Part shown: positions 55,172 to 63,952 of the stretch, piece by piece
Position numbering within the stretch: the first letter of the stretch is position 1
Layout: the number at the start of each line of letters is the position of its first letter
Assembly: GCA_041984885.1 (NCBI GenBank)
Contig: JBHIXH010000006.1
Coordinates: 4,968 to 68,967, forward strand
Direction: 5' to 3'
DNA: 64,000 nucleotides
Source of the DNA: Gammaproteobacteria bacterium
GTDB taxonomy: Bacteria; Pseudomonadota; Gammaproteobacteria; Eutrophobiales; Eutrophobiaceae
Notes under the pieces: generated by a model
What the model was told of the DNA's origin: nothing
Seen by the model: the letters and a program-made list of their open reading frames with translations, nothing else
Databases searched by the model: none
Program-made: the position numbers and the translations under genes

Positions 55172-55591
55172 ATGCAATTAACGAGGCAGTCTGATTATTC
55201 TTTAAGGGTGCTGATCTACCTGGCCCTGAATCCGGATCGACTTGCGAATATTGCTGAAATCGCCGATGCCTTTAACGTTTCACGAAACCACCTGGTTAAA
55301 GTCGTCCACCAGTTGTCTAAAACGGGATACATACGCACGGTTCGTGGACATGGCGGAGGTATCGAGTTGGCGTATTCTGCAGAAAAGATATCTGTCGGCT
55401 CAATAGTCAGAATGACAGAGAACACGCTTGAAGTGATTAACTGTAAACAACCCGTTTGCCCTATCTTGCCGGCCTGTCGATTAAAAAGAGTGTTGAATGA
55501 AGCAACGGAAGCATTTATGCGAACACTTGACGCTTATACGATCTCTGACTTGATACGAAATAAAAATAAATTAAATCGCTTAATTGCCTGA
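55172..55591 (+). CDS. nsrR: Rrf2-family NO-sensing repressor NsrR
   Basis: Rrf2 HTH (SDYSLRVLIYLA...) and a C-x4-C-x5-C cluster (CKQPVCPILPAC) with NsrR spacing. Confidence 0.8.
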   Translation: MQLTRQSDYSLRVLIYLALNPDRLANIAEIADAFNVSRNHLVKVVHQLSKTGYIRTVRGHGGGIELAYSAEKISVGSIVRMTENTLEVINCKQPVCPILPACRLKRVLNEATEAFMRTLDAYTISDLIRNKNKLNRLIA

Positions 55592-56010
55592 GCTACAAAC
55601 ATCAGGTAAATGAGTGGCAGACGACAGCTGATTTACTATTAAGCTATTTCCCGCTCCTTGCTGAATGCAGTCGGTAATAAAATGGAAAGAGAGAAACAAG
55701 ACAGGGTTGCTAGCGATGGGGATCTGGATCACCAATAGCAGCATCAAGAATGTGATCTGAATAGTTAATATAGCAATTAAAACAGCGGCTTAAGGTATTC
55801 GACCTGTGTTAAAACCCGTATCAATTTAGCTTCATTTCAGATTTCATTAAGTCTCTATTTGACACATTTAAGACCAAATCAGCACTTCAGATTAAATCTA
55901 TATGGTACTTTTCGCTTTCATTATTTAGAAATAGTCATTGTATTATTAATTTTAATAACACTAAGCCATAGGATGTTTATCTTCTTCACTAAAAATATCG
56001 ATCTTAAGCT

Positions 56011-57165
56011 ATGAACCCATTAAAAGTTTTATTAATTGAAGATCAGGGAGATGATGCGAAATTAATCAGAAGGATACTGACCAATAATTTTAACCTGGTT
56101 GAAATTGATCATATCGATGATCTTGACGTCTTTAAACAAAAGATACAGTCAGATAATTACGACATAATCCTGACTGATTACAATTGTGGCAATTTCTCAG
56201 GCATAGACGTAATTACTGAACTGGAAACACTTAATCGGGATATTCCTGTAGTTGTGATTACTGGAGAACATCGCATGGATATAGCAGTAGAAGCAATGAA
56301 ATACCATGTTGATGATTATATCCTTAAGGATTTTAGATGCTTCAAACAATTACCGGAAATAATAAAAAGAGTAATTGATAATCATAATGTTATAAGTGCC
56401 ATAAAAAATTCCGAAAAAAATATCAGTGAATCACTGGGTAATTATATAAACCTTTGTGTGAAATCACCGGAGCTTATAGTAAGCATATGGAATGACGGCT
56501 CTTTTATATCAATTAACACGAATCTTCAGAACATGCTCGGCTATTCAAGAAAAAAAATTAACAGTATGAATTTCAGAGATATTCTTGCTGAAGAATTTCA
56601 TATTGAATTTGATTATGTAATAAAGAATCTCGATCAAAACAAACCAAAAAAAGATGTGGAATTCGCTTTTGTAAATAACGAGGGCGACAAAATTTATGTT
56701 AAAGGCAAAGCCAGCACCCGGATTGAAAATGGAAAGATTATAGGTAGTCACTGGGTACTACATAATATCAGTGAATTTAAAAACCTGGATAATCGGTTAA
56801 TTCAGTCAAACCAGCAATATAAAGTTGTGTTTGAAAATGCATCAGTACCAATGGTTATGGGTGACCATCGTGGAATTGTCCTGCAGATAAACCAGGCGGC
56901 TTGTGCACTCATTGGATATTCCCGGGAAGAAATGCTGGGAAGACATATAAGGTCAATTACACATCCATTGGACATAATTATGAGCCTGATCAATCACAGG
57001 AAACTAACAAGGGGTTTGATAGATAACTATACACTTGTAAAACGATACAAGCATAAAGACGGTCATTATATCAAGGTAGAAGTTACAGCAGTTTTAATCA
57101 GAAACAAGGCAGGTCAACCGTGGTTCGCAATTGCAGAATTCAAAAAGCTTGAACCGGAATCATGA
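56011..57165 (+). CDS. Response-regulator receiver fused to two PAS domains, no output domain (very AT-rich gene)
   Basis: Receiver-domain Asp pocket (ILTDYN..., KD). Two PAS-like repeats. GC well below the window average. Confidence 0.7.
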   Translation: MNPLKVLLIEDQGDDAKLIRRILTNNFNLVEIDHIDDLDVFKQKIQSDNYDIILTDYNCGNFSGIDVITELETLNRDIPVVVITGEHRMDIAVEAMKYHVDDYILKDFRCFKQLPEIIKRVIDNHNVISAIKNSEKNISESLGNYINLCVKSPELIVSIWNDGSFISINTNLQNMLGYSRKKINSMNFRDILAEEFHIEFDYVIKNLDQNKPKKDVEFAFVNNEGDKIYVKGKASTRIENGKIIGSHWVLHNISEFKNLDNRLIQSNQQYKVVFENASVPMVMGDHRGIVLQINQAACALIGYSREEMLGRHIRSITHPLDIIMSLINHRKLTRGLIDNYTLVKRYKHKDGHYIKVEVTAVLIRNKAGQPWFAIAEFKKLEPES

Positions 57166-57216
57166 AAATCCACTAATGAAAATCTTTCCAGGTTATGTAA
57201 AGGAGTCGATTAAAAT

Positions 57217-57330
57217 TGGTGGCTATGGGTGGATTTGACAATTTTGTCGGGAACAAAATTGGGCAAACGTAGTTTGCCCTAAGGGTGAAATACAAGGACG
57301 TATTTCATCAGCTACCGACATCAGCATTAT
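57217..57330. repeat. Interrupted direct repeat of the 3'-terminal 42 nt of tRNA-Met (att-like), split by a 73-bp insertion
   Basis: 57217-57238 matches 58114-58135 (22 nt, 1 mismatch). 57312-57330 matches 58137-58155 (19 nt, 1 mismatch). The insertion at 57239-57311 carries the hairpin gggcaaac-gtag-tttgccc. Confidence 0.6.
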
Positions 57331-57477
57331 CAAATAGCATTTCAACGTCCATAGAGTTTTGATGAGAAAAAAGTCAATTAGTATCTGGCCTGTTAATATA
57401 CGCAGTATTAGATTCAGGCAGGATTGCAGGCTTCTTGTATTAAATTCTGTCTCGTACAGAAGAAAGAATTTTATTAC

Positions 57478-57984
57478 TTAAGGAGTAATAAATTCTTTAG
57501 CTGATTTTTCTGCATGATGCATTTGATTTGGGAATAATTTGTGTTCCTCGGATAGTGCTTTCATATGTTTGCGTGCATTTTTGTTGCCTTGTTTATGGGC
57601 CGCAAAAAACCACATGTAAGCAGTTGTAAAATCTCTTTCAGTATTCTCGCCATTTTCATACATTTTCCCCAGGTTATATTGGGCATCGGCATGCCCGCTT
57701 TTCGCAGCTAGTTCAAACCAGTGCATGGCTTTCCTGAAATTTCTTTTTACCCCGAGCCCAAGATAGTAATGTATACCAATATAATTTTGAGCTTCTGAGT
57801 TTCCAGAGTTCGCTAACGGAAACCAAAGTTCATAAGACCTCTCATAATTGCCCTTTCTGAATTCAGTTAATGGATCTGTACCTTCGTAACAGGACAATAT
57901 CGTGACAGCCAGGAGTAAAATAACAAACAATTGATGCACAATTATAAAACCCAATTGATATTGGCTCGATGAAGTTGACGCCAC
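57478..57984 (-). CDS. Sel1-repeat (TPR-like) protein with N-terminal TM helix
   Basis: Repeated Sel1-like units (AQNYIGIHYYLGLGVKRNFRKAMHWFELAAKSGHADAQYNLGKMYENG). AT-rich. Confidence 0.65.
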   Translation of the reverse strand: MASTSSSQYQLGFIIVHQLFVILLLAVTILSCYEGTDPLTEFRKGNYERSYELWFPLANSGNSEAQNYIGIHYYLGLGVKRNFRKAMHWFELAAKSGHADAQYNLGKMYENGENTERDFTTAYMWFFAAHKQGNKNARKHMKALSEEHKLFPNQMHHAEKSAKEFITP

Positions 57985-58113
57985 TAATGAATTATAGCGC
58001 GATGTATTTTTTCGTTATTAGATTAATTCATTTTCAGATTTAGCTAATTTCAATATACAGGTAAAGATTACATTAAAAGATTAAAGAGAAATTGAGACAT
58101 TGGAAAAGAAATT

Positions 58114-58190
58114 TGGTGGCTATGGGTGGACTTGAACCACCGACATCAGCATTATGAATGCTGCGCTCTAACCGACTGAGCTACATAGCC
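58114..58190 (-). tRNA. tRNA-Met (anticodon CAT, elongator type)
   Basis: The reverse complement folds as a canonical cloverleaf (GGCTATG acceptor, GCTC/GAGC D-stem, CAGCA/TGCTG anticodon stem, loop TTCATAA, GGTGG/CCACC T-stem, CCA end). Closest to E. coli elongator tRNA-Met. Confidence 0.9.
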
Positions 58191-58316
58191 ATGAGATCAG
58201 CTAATAGCTAGCAGGTAGTAGCCATTAGTGCAGGGAACGGGATTTTCTGTACTCGGTGTGGGCTTGTCAAGTTTGGATTACCGGAGTTCTTCCAACACCT
58301 CCTTCAGGAGGCTCAG

Positions 58317-58952
58317 TCAACGCGTCCCGAAAACGACGATGGTTTTGCCTGCGACGGAGATCAGGTGATCCTCCTCCAGGCTTTTTAACACCCGGCCGAC
58401 CATTTCCCTTGAGCAACCGACAATCCGCCCCAGTTCCTGGCGGGTGATTTTTATTTGCATGCCATCCGGATGCGTCATCGCGTCCGGCTCCTTGCACAGG
58501 TCTAGCAGCGTACGGGCGACGCGGCCTTTGACATCGGTAAAGGCCAGGTCACTGACCTTGCGGCTGGTCTTGCGCAGGCGCGTTGCCAGTTGCGTGGCGA
58601 TGGCAAATAACAGGTCAGGAAACAGCGAATTTAGCGATTTCAGCCGGTCATAACTGATTTGGGCAATTTCACATTTGGACTTCGCCCGCACAAAGGCACT
58701 GCGCTTGTGGTCTTCGTCAAACAGGCCTATCTCGCCAAAGAAATCGCCGGGGTTCAGGTAGGTCAGGACAATCTCGCGGCCTTTATGGTCTTCGATTAAC
58801 ACGGTGACCGAGCCACTCAGGATGTAATACAAGTGGCTACTCGGATCGCCTTCTTTAATGATGACGTTTTTGGCGTTGTAGCTCCTGGTATGACAATGCT
58901 CCAGAAATTGTGAAATTGTCTGGTCGCGATTATGAAAACTGTCATTTTGCAT
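58317..58952 (-). CDS. crp: cAMP receptor protein (CRP)
   Basis: Near-collinear with E. coli CRP (PDAMTHPDGMQIKITRQELGRIVGCSREMVGRVLK...GKTIVVFGTR). Confidence 0.9.
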   Translation of the reverse strand: MQNDSFHNRDQTISQFLEHCHTRSYNAKNVIIKEGDPSSHLYYILSGSVTVLIEDHKGREIVLTYLNPGDFFGEIGLFDEDHKRSAFVRAKSKCEIAQISYDRLKSLNSLFPDLLFAIATQLATRLRKTSRKVSDLAFTDVKGRVARTLLDLCKEPDAMTHPDGMQIKITRQELGRIVGCSREMVGRVLKSLEEDHLISVAGKTIVVFGTR

Positions 58953-59058
58953 ACTCTTTCCCCATTTCGACCCGTGCCCGGCGAAGATGCACGAGTTCCG
59001 AATAAGCTCCGAACTATGTTACTCTTTTTGCCGAAAATCAACAATTTGGAGTGCTTTA

Positions 59059-59478
59059 ATGAATGTCGTGGTCAGGTGGGAGCAGGGTGTTGCATTCACA
59101 GGCGAGACGGCCTCGGGCCACACCGTGTTGATGGATGGGCCGCCGGATGCCGGTGGCGAGAACCGGGGGCCACGGCCGATGGAGATGTTGCTGCTGGGTA
59201 TGGGGGCGTGCAGTTCTGTTGATGTGATCTCGATTTTGGAAAAATCTCGCCAGTCGGTGGCCGATTGTTATGTCGAGATCCAGGCAGCGCGAGCAGAACA
59301 ACCGCCGAAAATTTTCACGGCAATCCACCTGCACTTTGTCATTACCGGCAGCGCATTAAAGGAAAAACAGGTCAGCCGCGCGATTCAGCTTTCCGCAGAA
59401 AAATACTGTTCGGCTTCAATCATGCTGGGTGCCCGGGCCGACATCACGCACGATTTCGAGATCCGGGAATCGGCGTAG
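59059..59478 (+). CDS. OsmC/Ohr-family protein (YhfA-like), divergent from crp
   Basis: GGAG RBS before the ATG at 59059. OsmC fold motifs (PMEMLLLGMGACSSVDV). crp-yhfA synteny as in E. coli. Confidence 0.8.
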   Translation: MNVVVRWEQGVAFTGETASGHTVLMDGPPDAGGENRGPRPMEMLLLGMGACSSVDVISILEKSRQSVADCYVEIQAARAEQPPKIFTAIHLHFVITGSALKEKQVSRAIQLSAEKYCSASIMLGARADITHDFEIRESA

Positions 59479-59479
59479 C

Positions 59480-59857
59480 TTACTCCGCAAGCAGGTCCAA
59501 CTGGATCGTGTCTCCGTCTGATACCGTTGCCAAAACGCTGACGGACGTGAGTGCGGTGGCCCAGATATTAGTTCTTGCCGCCAGGCGAATTTCGTCGGCT
59601 TGAGAAATCGGCGTCGGCCCAAAACCAATGGCGATACAACTGCCCTCAACCCAGAAGGCAATTTCACCGGCTTCAATAATCTGTCTGGCATCCGCCTCTA
59701 GCGGTACATCCACTCCGGTAGAAAAATAGATTTCATCGCCCCAGGTACGGGCAGTCGAGTCTATCGGCAGGGCCTTGACGATGGCGGCAGCGGTGGGCGT
59801 GTCCAGTGTTTGCAGAGTCAGTGACTGCTGACCGCAGTCGAGCCTGAGCCGCGGCAT
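59480..59857 (-). CDS. Hypothetical small protein co-transcribed downstream of the receiver-LuxR regulator
   Basis: 125-aa ORF whose start abuts the stop of the upstream regulator. Confidence 0.5.
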   Translation of the reverse strand: MPRLRLDCGQQSLTLQTLDTPTAAAIVKALPIDSTARTWGDEIYFSTGVDVPLEADARQIIEAGEIAFWVEGSCIAIGFGPTPISQADEIRLAARTNIWATALTSVSVLATVSDGDTIQLDLLAE

Positions 59858-61168
59858 CTAGTCGGATGCGACGCTGCCGGATTTAATCAGCACACCGGCC
59901 GGACCACTGACGATATGATGCACGAGAGAGGACTGGCGGTCGGTGCCGGTTTTGGAGAACAGTTTTTTCAGATGGGTTCGCGCCGTATTCACGGTAATCC
60001 CGATTGAGCTGGCGGCCTGCTCCAGACGCGGGTCACGCATCAGTGCCGCCGCCAGTCTGGATTCCGCCTTCGTCATTCCATATAAATATTCAAGCACGGT
60101 CTCCAACTGGGCCTGGTCCTTACGACCGGAGAATAAAAATATAATTGAAATCGGGGCAGAATTTGAACGTGAATTCAGTGAATTTTGCAAAGGGGAGATT
60201 AACAGGTAAATCGTGGTGTCCACCGAACCGTCGGTGAGTGTGATTTTCCCGTCTTTTGATTCCTGTACCAGCAGGATAAGCTGGTTTTGTAAATCCACAT
60301 CCGTCAACGTCAGTTGTTTATTGCTCAGGTTAATCAGGTTCGTGGCGTTGACCAGCGTTTTCGCCGTATCGTTGATAAAGGTCGGCTCCATCTGCTCATT
60401 GATCAGAATAACACCGGTAGAAAGGTAGTTTAGTGTCTGTTTAAACGCGTCTTCCATCGTATGTCTGGCAGATAAACGATCCTTGTTACTGATATTTTCG
60501 CATATGATCTTTATCTGATCGTTATGCTTGTCCGGTATATATTCCCAGGTAAAGATGTGATCAAAGATACGACCCGCGATCAGGTTGGAACTGTCAAGTC
60601 GCTGACAGTAACTGCTAACCTGTATGTGATTTAACGGTAGCAGTTGTTCCGGCTCGTCCAGTTCCAGCGTTTTCAGTGTTTCAAACATCGGTACCGGATC
60701 AAAATCAATGATTCGGCCTTTTGCGTCGCAGATGAACTCAACTTTTAACTCCGTTGCCTGTTCGACCTGTTCATGCTGTTGATTTTTCGCATTATGCCGA
60801 ACCTGTTCCATCGCGATTTCAACGGTAGAACGGATGTCCTTGTCACGCAGTGGCTTGTTGATATACCCAAGCGGATGGATATTTTTTGCGCGTGCCAGCG
60901 TGGCATCATCGTTATACCGGGTGACAAAGACGATCGGGGTTTTGAAACGCGTTTTGATTATGCTTGCGGCTTCGATGCCGTCAGCACCTTTACCCAGGTT
61001 GATGTCCATCAACACGAGCGAAGGATGGGATTTTTCCACTTGCTGGATGGCTTCGTCCGCGTTTTTGGCGAGAAAGGGCACCTTGTAGCCCAGACTCTGC
61101 AACTTTAGCTGCATGATTGAGGCGGTGGTTTTGTTGTCCTCAACGACTAGGATTTGCTCTCCCGGCAT
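59858..61168 (-). CDS. Response regulator: receiver domain, ~250-aa unknown sensory/PAS-like middle, C-terminal LuxR/GerE HTH
   Basis: Receiver domain (ILVVEDN...LVLMDINLG...K). C-terminal LuxR HTH (LTKAESRLAAALMRDPRLEQAASSIGITVNTARTHLKKLFSKTG). Confidence 0.75.
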   Translation of the reverse strand: MPGEQILVVEDNKTTASIMQLKLQSLGYKVPFLAKNADEAIQQVEKSHPSLVLMDINLGKGADGIEAASIIKTRFKTPIVFVTRYNDDATLARAKNIHPLGYINKPLRDKDIRSTVEIAMEQVRHNAKNQQHEQVEQATELKVEFICDAKGRIIDFDPVPMFETLKTLELDEPEQLLPLNHIQVSSYCQRLDSSNLIAGRIFDHIFTWEYIPDKHNDQIKIICENISNKDRLSARHTMEDAFKQTLNYLSTGVILINEQMEPTFINDTAKTLVNATNLINLSNKQLTLTDVDLQNQLILLVQESKDGKITLTDGSVDTTIYLLISPLQNSLNSRSNSAPISIIFLFSGRKDQAQLETVLEYLYGMTKAESRLAAALMRDPRLEQAASSIGITVNTARTHLKKLFSKTGTDRQSSLVHHIVSGPAGVLIKSGSVASD

Positions 61169-61296
61169 AAATTTTCACAAAGATTTTTGCATATGAAGTG
61201 AGCTTTATCATAAGCTGATTTTGAATCTCTGCCTACGACTTTATTTTTTTTGATAGTGGTTTTCAGTCTGAAAACCCGCGTGAAAATAACGGTTTA

Positions 61297-61557
61297 TTAT
61301 ATGGCCTTCGGTTCTGCCGCACGCTCGATACAAAAGGTAAACACGCCATCGTCCTCGCTGATGTTGATCAATTCGTGACCGGTGCGGGCACAATAGGCCT
61401 CGAAATCGACACGTGAGTGCGGGTCTGTTGACTCCACCAGGATGCGTTCGCCGGCCTGCATCCGGTTCAACTCGACTTTGGTTTTCAGGATGGGCAGGGG
61501 ACAATTCAGCCCTTTTGCATCAAGGCGAATGGCAATGTCTTCATCAGCAAATGGCAT
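61297..61557 (-). CDS. tusA: TusA-like sulfur-carrier protein
   Basis: CPxP motif (LDAKGLNCPLPILKTK) in an 86-aa protein. Confidence 0.75.
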   Translation of the reverse strand: MPFADEDIAIRLDAKGLNCPLPILKTKVELNRMQAGERILVESTDPHSRVDFEAYCARTGHELINISEDDGVFTFCIERAAEPKAI

Positions 61558-61629
61558 AGAGAAAAAGCTGGACTGGATGTGATATCCAGTCTAACCCAAG
61601 CCTCAAAGACAGTTAATGTTTATGTCAGG

Positions 61630-63609
61630 TTAATAACTCAAGCGGACCCCGAGCATGGCAGCACGTCCGGGCAAGGGTGCGCGTTCCTTGATAAACGAGG
61701 TGTGCCTGCGAGCATCCCTGTCCAGCAAGTTGGTTCCACGCACAAAAAATCTGGCATCGGCATCGCCTACCGGCAGCGTATAGGCGAGACCGGTGTTTAA
61801 CATGACATAACCGCCGGTTCCTTCCTCAAGCTCTGCCGTGTCATCCTGTTCAAAGACGTTGATGAGATCGAGATCGGCACTCCAGGCATTGCGGCTGTAG
61901 TCAATACCAAGGCCCAGTCGGGCAGGTGAGATGCGCGGGACGTCATCACCGCCTTCGAATTCAGCACGAACGATGTCGGTAAACAGGCGGATATCAAAAT
62001 GATTTGCCCCCAATTCCATATGCCAGGTGGTTTCGAATTCAGCGCCATAGAACAGTGCGTCATCCTGGGCAAAACGGATCAGCAGAAATTCACCGCCGAG
62101 GTTACCGTCCTCGTCAACTTCATCGGCTTCGCCATCGCCATTCGTATCCTGGGATTGCCCGAAGATATAATCCTCGATGTAATTGGCAAACAGGTTGGCC
62201 TTCCATGACCAGGCATCGCCGTTTCGCTGCACGCTGACATCGATATTGTTGGCAGTCTCCTCATCAAGAAAAGGATTGCCGATCTCGAACGTTTCGGTCG
62301 CGTGATGCGGCCCGGTAGCGATCAGTTCCTCGATTGCCGGGGCGCGTTGGGCGCGACTGATCGTCAGACCGGCAGTATAACGATCCGAGAAACGGTAGAC
62401 GCTGCCAAAACTGAGCGAGTAGGTATCGTGGTCAATGTCATTGATTCCGGTCGTTGACGTGGGCTCGACATTCTGGAATTCATAACGTCCGCCAATTTCA
62501 ATATGAAGATCATTCCAGTCCGTGTCTTCATAGATGAAAAGACCAACGGATTTCAATTTTGTCGGCTGAACAAACGCTTCTTCACCGATGGCGGCAAAGC
62601 TGCGCGTACGTGCCTGCACACCGACCACACCGGACCAGGGGCCGAACGCCTTGTGATTGGCCTCCAGCCGGCCTTCCCATTCATCATTGAAAAATTCAGT
62701 GCCGGGTTCTCCCGGTCCTTCAAATTCGGTGTGCGCATAATCATTGTGTGCACCACGTATGCGGATATTGTTCAACCAGGGGAGAGGGTCATTCAGTTGA
62801 CCGGCAAAATCCACACGGGTCTGGTCCATGTCAATGAACACCAGTTCATCGGGTTCCTCCGGATTAAACGGGACCCCGTAGGTAGTGTCGTAACGGCCGA
62901 CCGAAAATCCGAGGAATCCCCAGTCATCGATCAATGACGCACCGAAATTCACATCGGTGGTATCCGTATCACTGTTCAGAATCTCCCCGACTTCGGCCTC
63001 GTAATTTTCGGTTTCCAGTGACATAAAGTCGACATGAAACGCAAGCTTGTCGTGGCTGCCGTTTGCACGACCGGCATAGGTGTCGCCATCAAAAGCCGTG
63101 TTATAGCTGTAACCCAGTTCCGCCTCGAATTCGCCGAGATATTCCGGGATGCGGTCATTGACGATATTAATGACACCGGCAGAGGCACCATTGCCATACA
63201 GCAGCGCGGCTGGTCCCCGGAGTATTTCAATCTGACTGGCATTGAACGGCGACAGGGATACATTGTGATCCACGCTGATGGTTGAGATATCCATTGAGCT
63301 GATTCCGCCCTGCATCACCTGCAGCCGTTGCCCGCCCAGTCCACGAATGATCGGTCGTGAGGATCCCTGGCCAAAGTCCGAGGCCGTGACACCCAGCTCC
63401 TCCGACAGGGTTTCACCGATCGTGTTCGACATTTTGTCTTTCAATTGCTCGCCTGAAAGGATCGAGAAAGGGGTGGCGATGTGTTCCACCGATTGCATGC
63501 CATAGGGGCGGGCATACACATTGAGTTGATCGAGTTCATGCACAGCATCGGCATGACTGTTGATTGAGGTGGCCAAAAGCACCACGCCCGTAATCATTCT
63601 GAGTTCCAT
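61630..63609 (-). CDS. TonB-dependent outer-membrane receptor
   Basis: Signal peptide, plug-domain motifs (IEILRGPAALLYGNGASAGVINIV), and a long beta-barrel. Confidence 0.85.
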   Translation of the reverse strand: MELRMITGVVLLATSINSHADAVHELDQLNVYARPYGMQSVEHIATPFSILSGEQLKDKMSNTIGETLSEELGVTASDFGQGSSRPIIRGLGGQRLQVMQGGISSMDISTISVDHNVSLSPFNASQIEILRGPAALLYGNGASAGVINIVNDRIPEYLGEFEAELGYSYNTAFDGDTYAGRANGSHDKLAFHVDFMSLETENYEAEVGEILNSDTDTTDVNFGASLIDDWGFLGFSVGRYDTTYGVPFNPEEPDELVFIDMDQTRVDFAGQLNDPLPWLNNIRIRGAHNDYAHTEFEGPGEPGTEFFNDEWEGRLEANHKAFGPWSGVVGVQARTRSFAAIGEEAFVQPTKLKSVGLFIYEDTDWNDLHIEIGGRYEFQNVEPTSTTGINDIDHDTYSLSFGSVYRFSDRYTAGLTISRAQRAPAIEELIATGPHHATETFEIGNPFLDEETANNIDVSVQRNGDAWSWKANLFANYIEDYIFGQSQDTNGDGEADEVDEDGNLGGEFLLIRFAQDDALFYGAEFETTWHMELGANHFDIRLFTDIVRAEFEGGDDVPRISPARLGLGIDYSRNAWSADLDLINVFEQDDTAELEEGTGGYVMLNTGLAYTLPVGDADARFFVRGTNLLDRDARRHTSFIKERAPLPGRAAMLGVRLSY

Positions 63610-63682
63610 GTTGTGTTCTCCACAATAGATAACGGATCCGGACGACGCACGGTTGTCCGGAGTGAATTAAGGGGTCAGTTAT

Positions 63683-63952
63683 CTAGCGTGCAGGCGGGGC
63701 GCGAATGGGGTGATCGTGTTCGGAGGCGGTTGCCGTGGCCGGCGTCGAGATTAATAGTGGCGGTTCATGACGAGAGACAATATCGGGGCAGGGAGTGTCG
63801 GCCGTCAGTGAATACTGGAAATGTTTCAGGGCCGGACAGTCAATACACTCGGTTGTGGTCGGCTCATCCAGGTGCTCAAACGCATGCACGACCGACTGCA
63901 TCTGCATGATCAGCATCAGCGAGACAGCAAGCACAGTCAGGTAGCGGCGCAT
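63683..63952 (-). CDS. Small secreted Cys/His-containing protein upstream of the TonB-dependent receptor
   Basis: 89 aa with a signal peptide and a CIDCP motif. Confidence 0.4.
   Translation of the reverse strand: MRRYLTVLAVSLMLIMQMQSVVHAFEHLDEPTTTECIDCPALKHFQYSLTADTPCPDIVSRHEPPLLISTPATATASEHDHPIRAPPAR

Larger units (their letters stand above)
55592..58113. mobile_element. Putative degraded genomic-island remnant at tRNA-Met (no integrase retained)
   Basis: AT-rich block containing the receiver/PAS gene and the Sel1 gene. It abuts the tRNA 3' end and contains an att-like partial tRNA copy. Confidence 0.35.

Noticed and set aside
58191-58316. Possible integrase remnant or att core between tRNA-Met and crp.
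   Set aside because: No ORF and no repeat were found there. It is a simple intergenic region with the crp 3' end.
61241-61262. ggttttcag-tc-tgaaaacc hairpin as a terminator.
   Set aside because: It is flanked by a T-run on the wrong side for either strand's downstream gene, so it is not a convincing intrinsic terminator.
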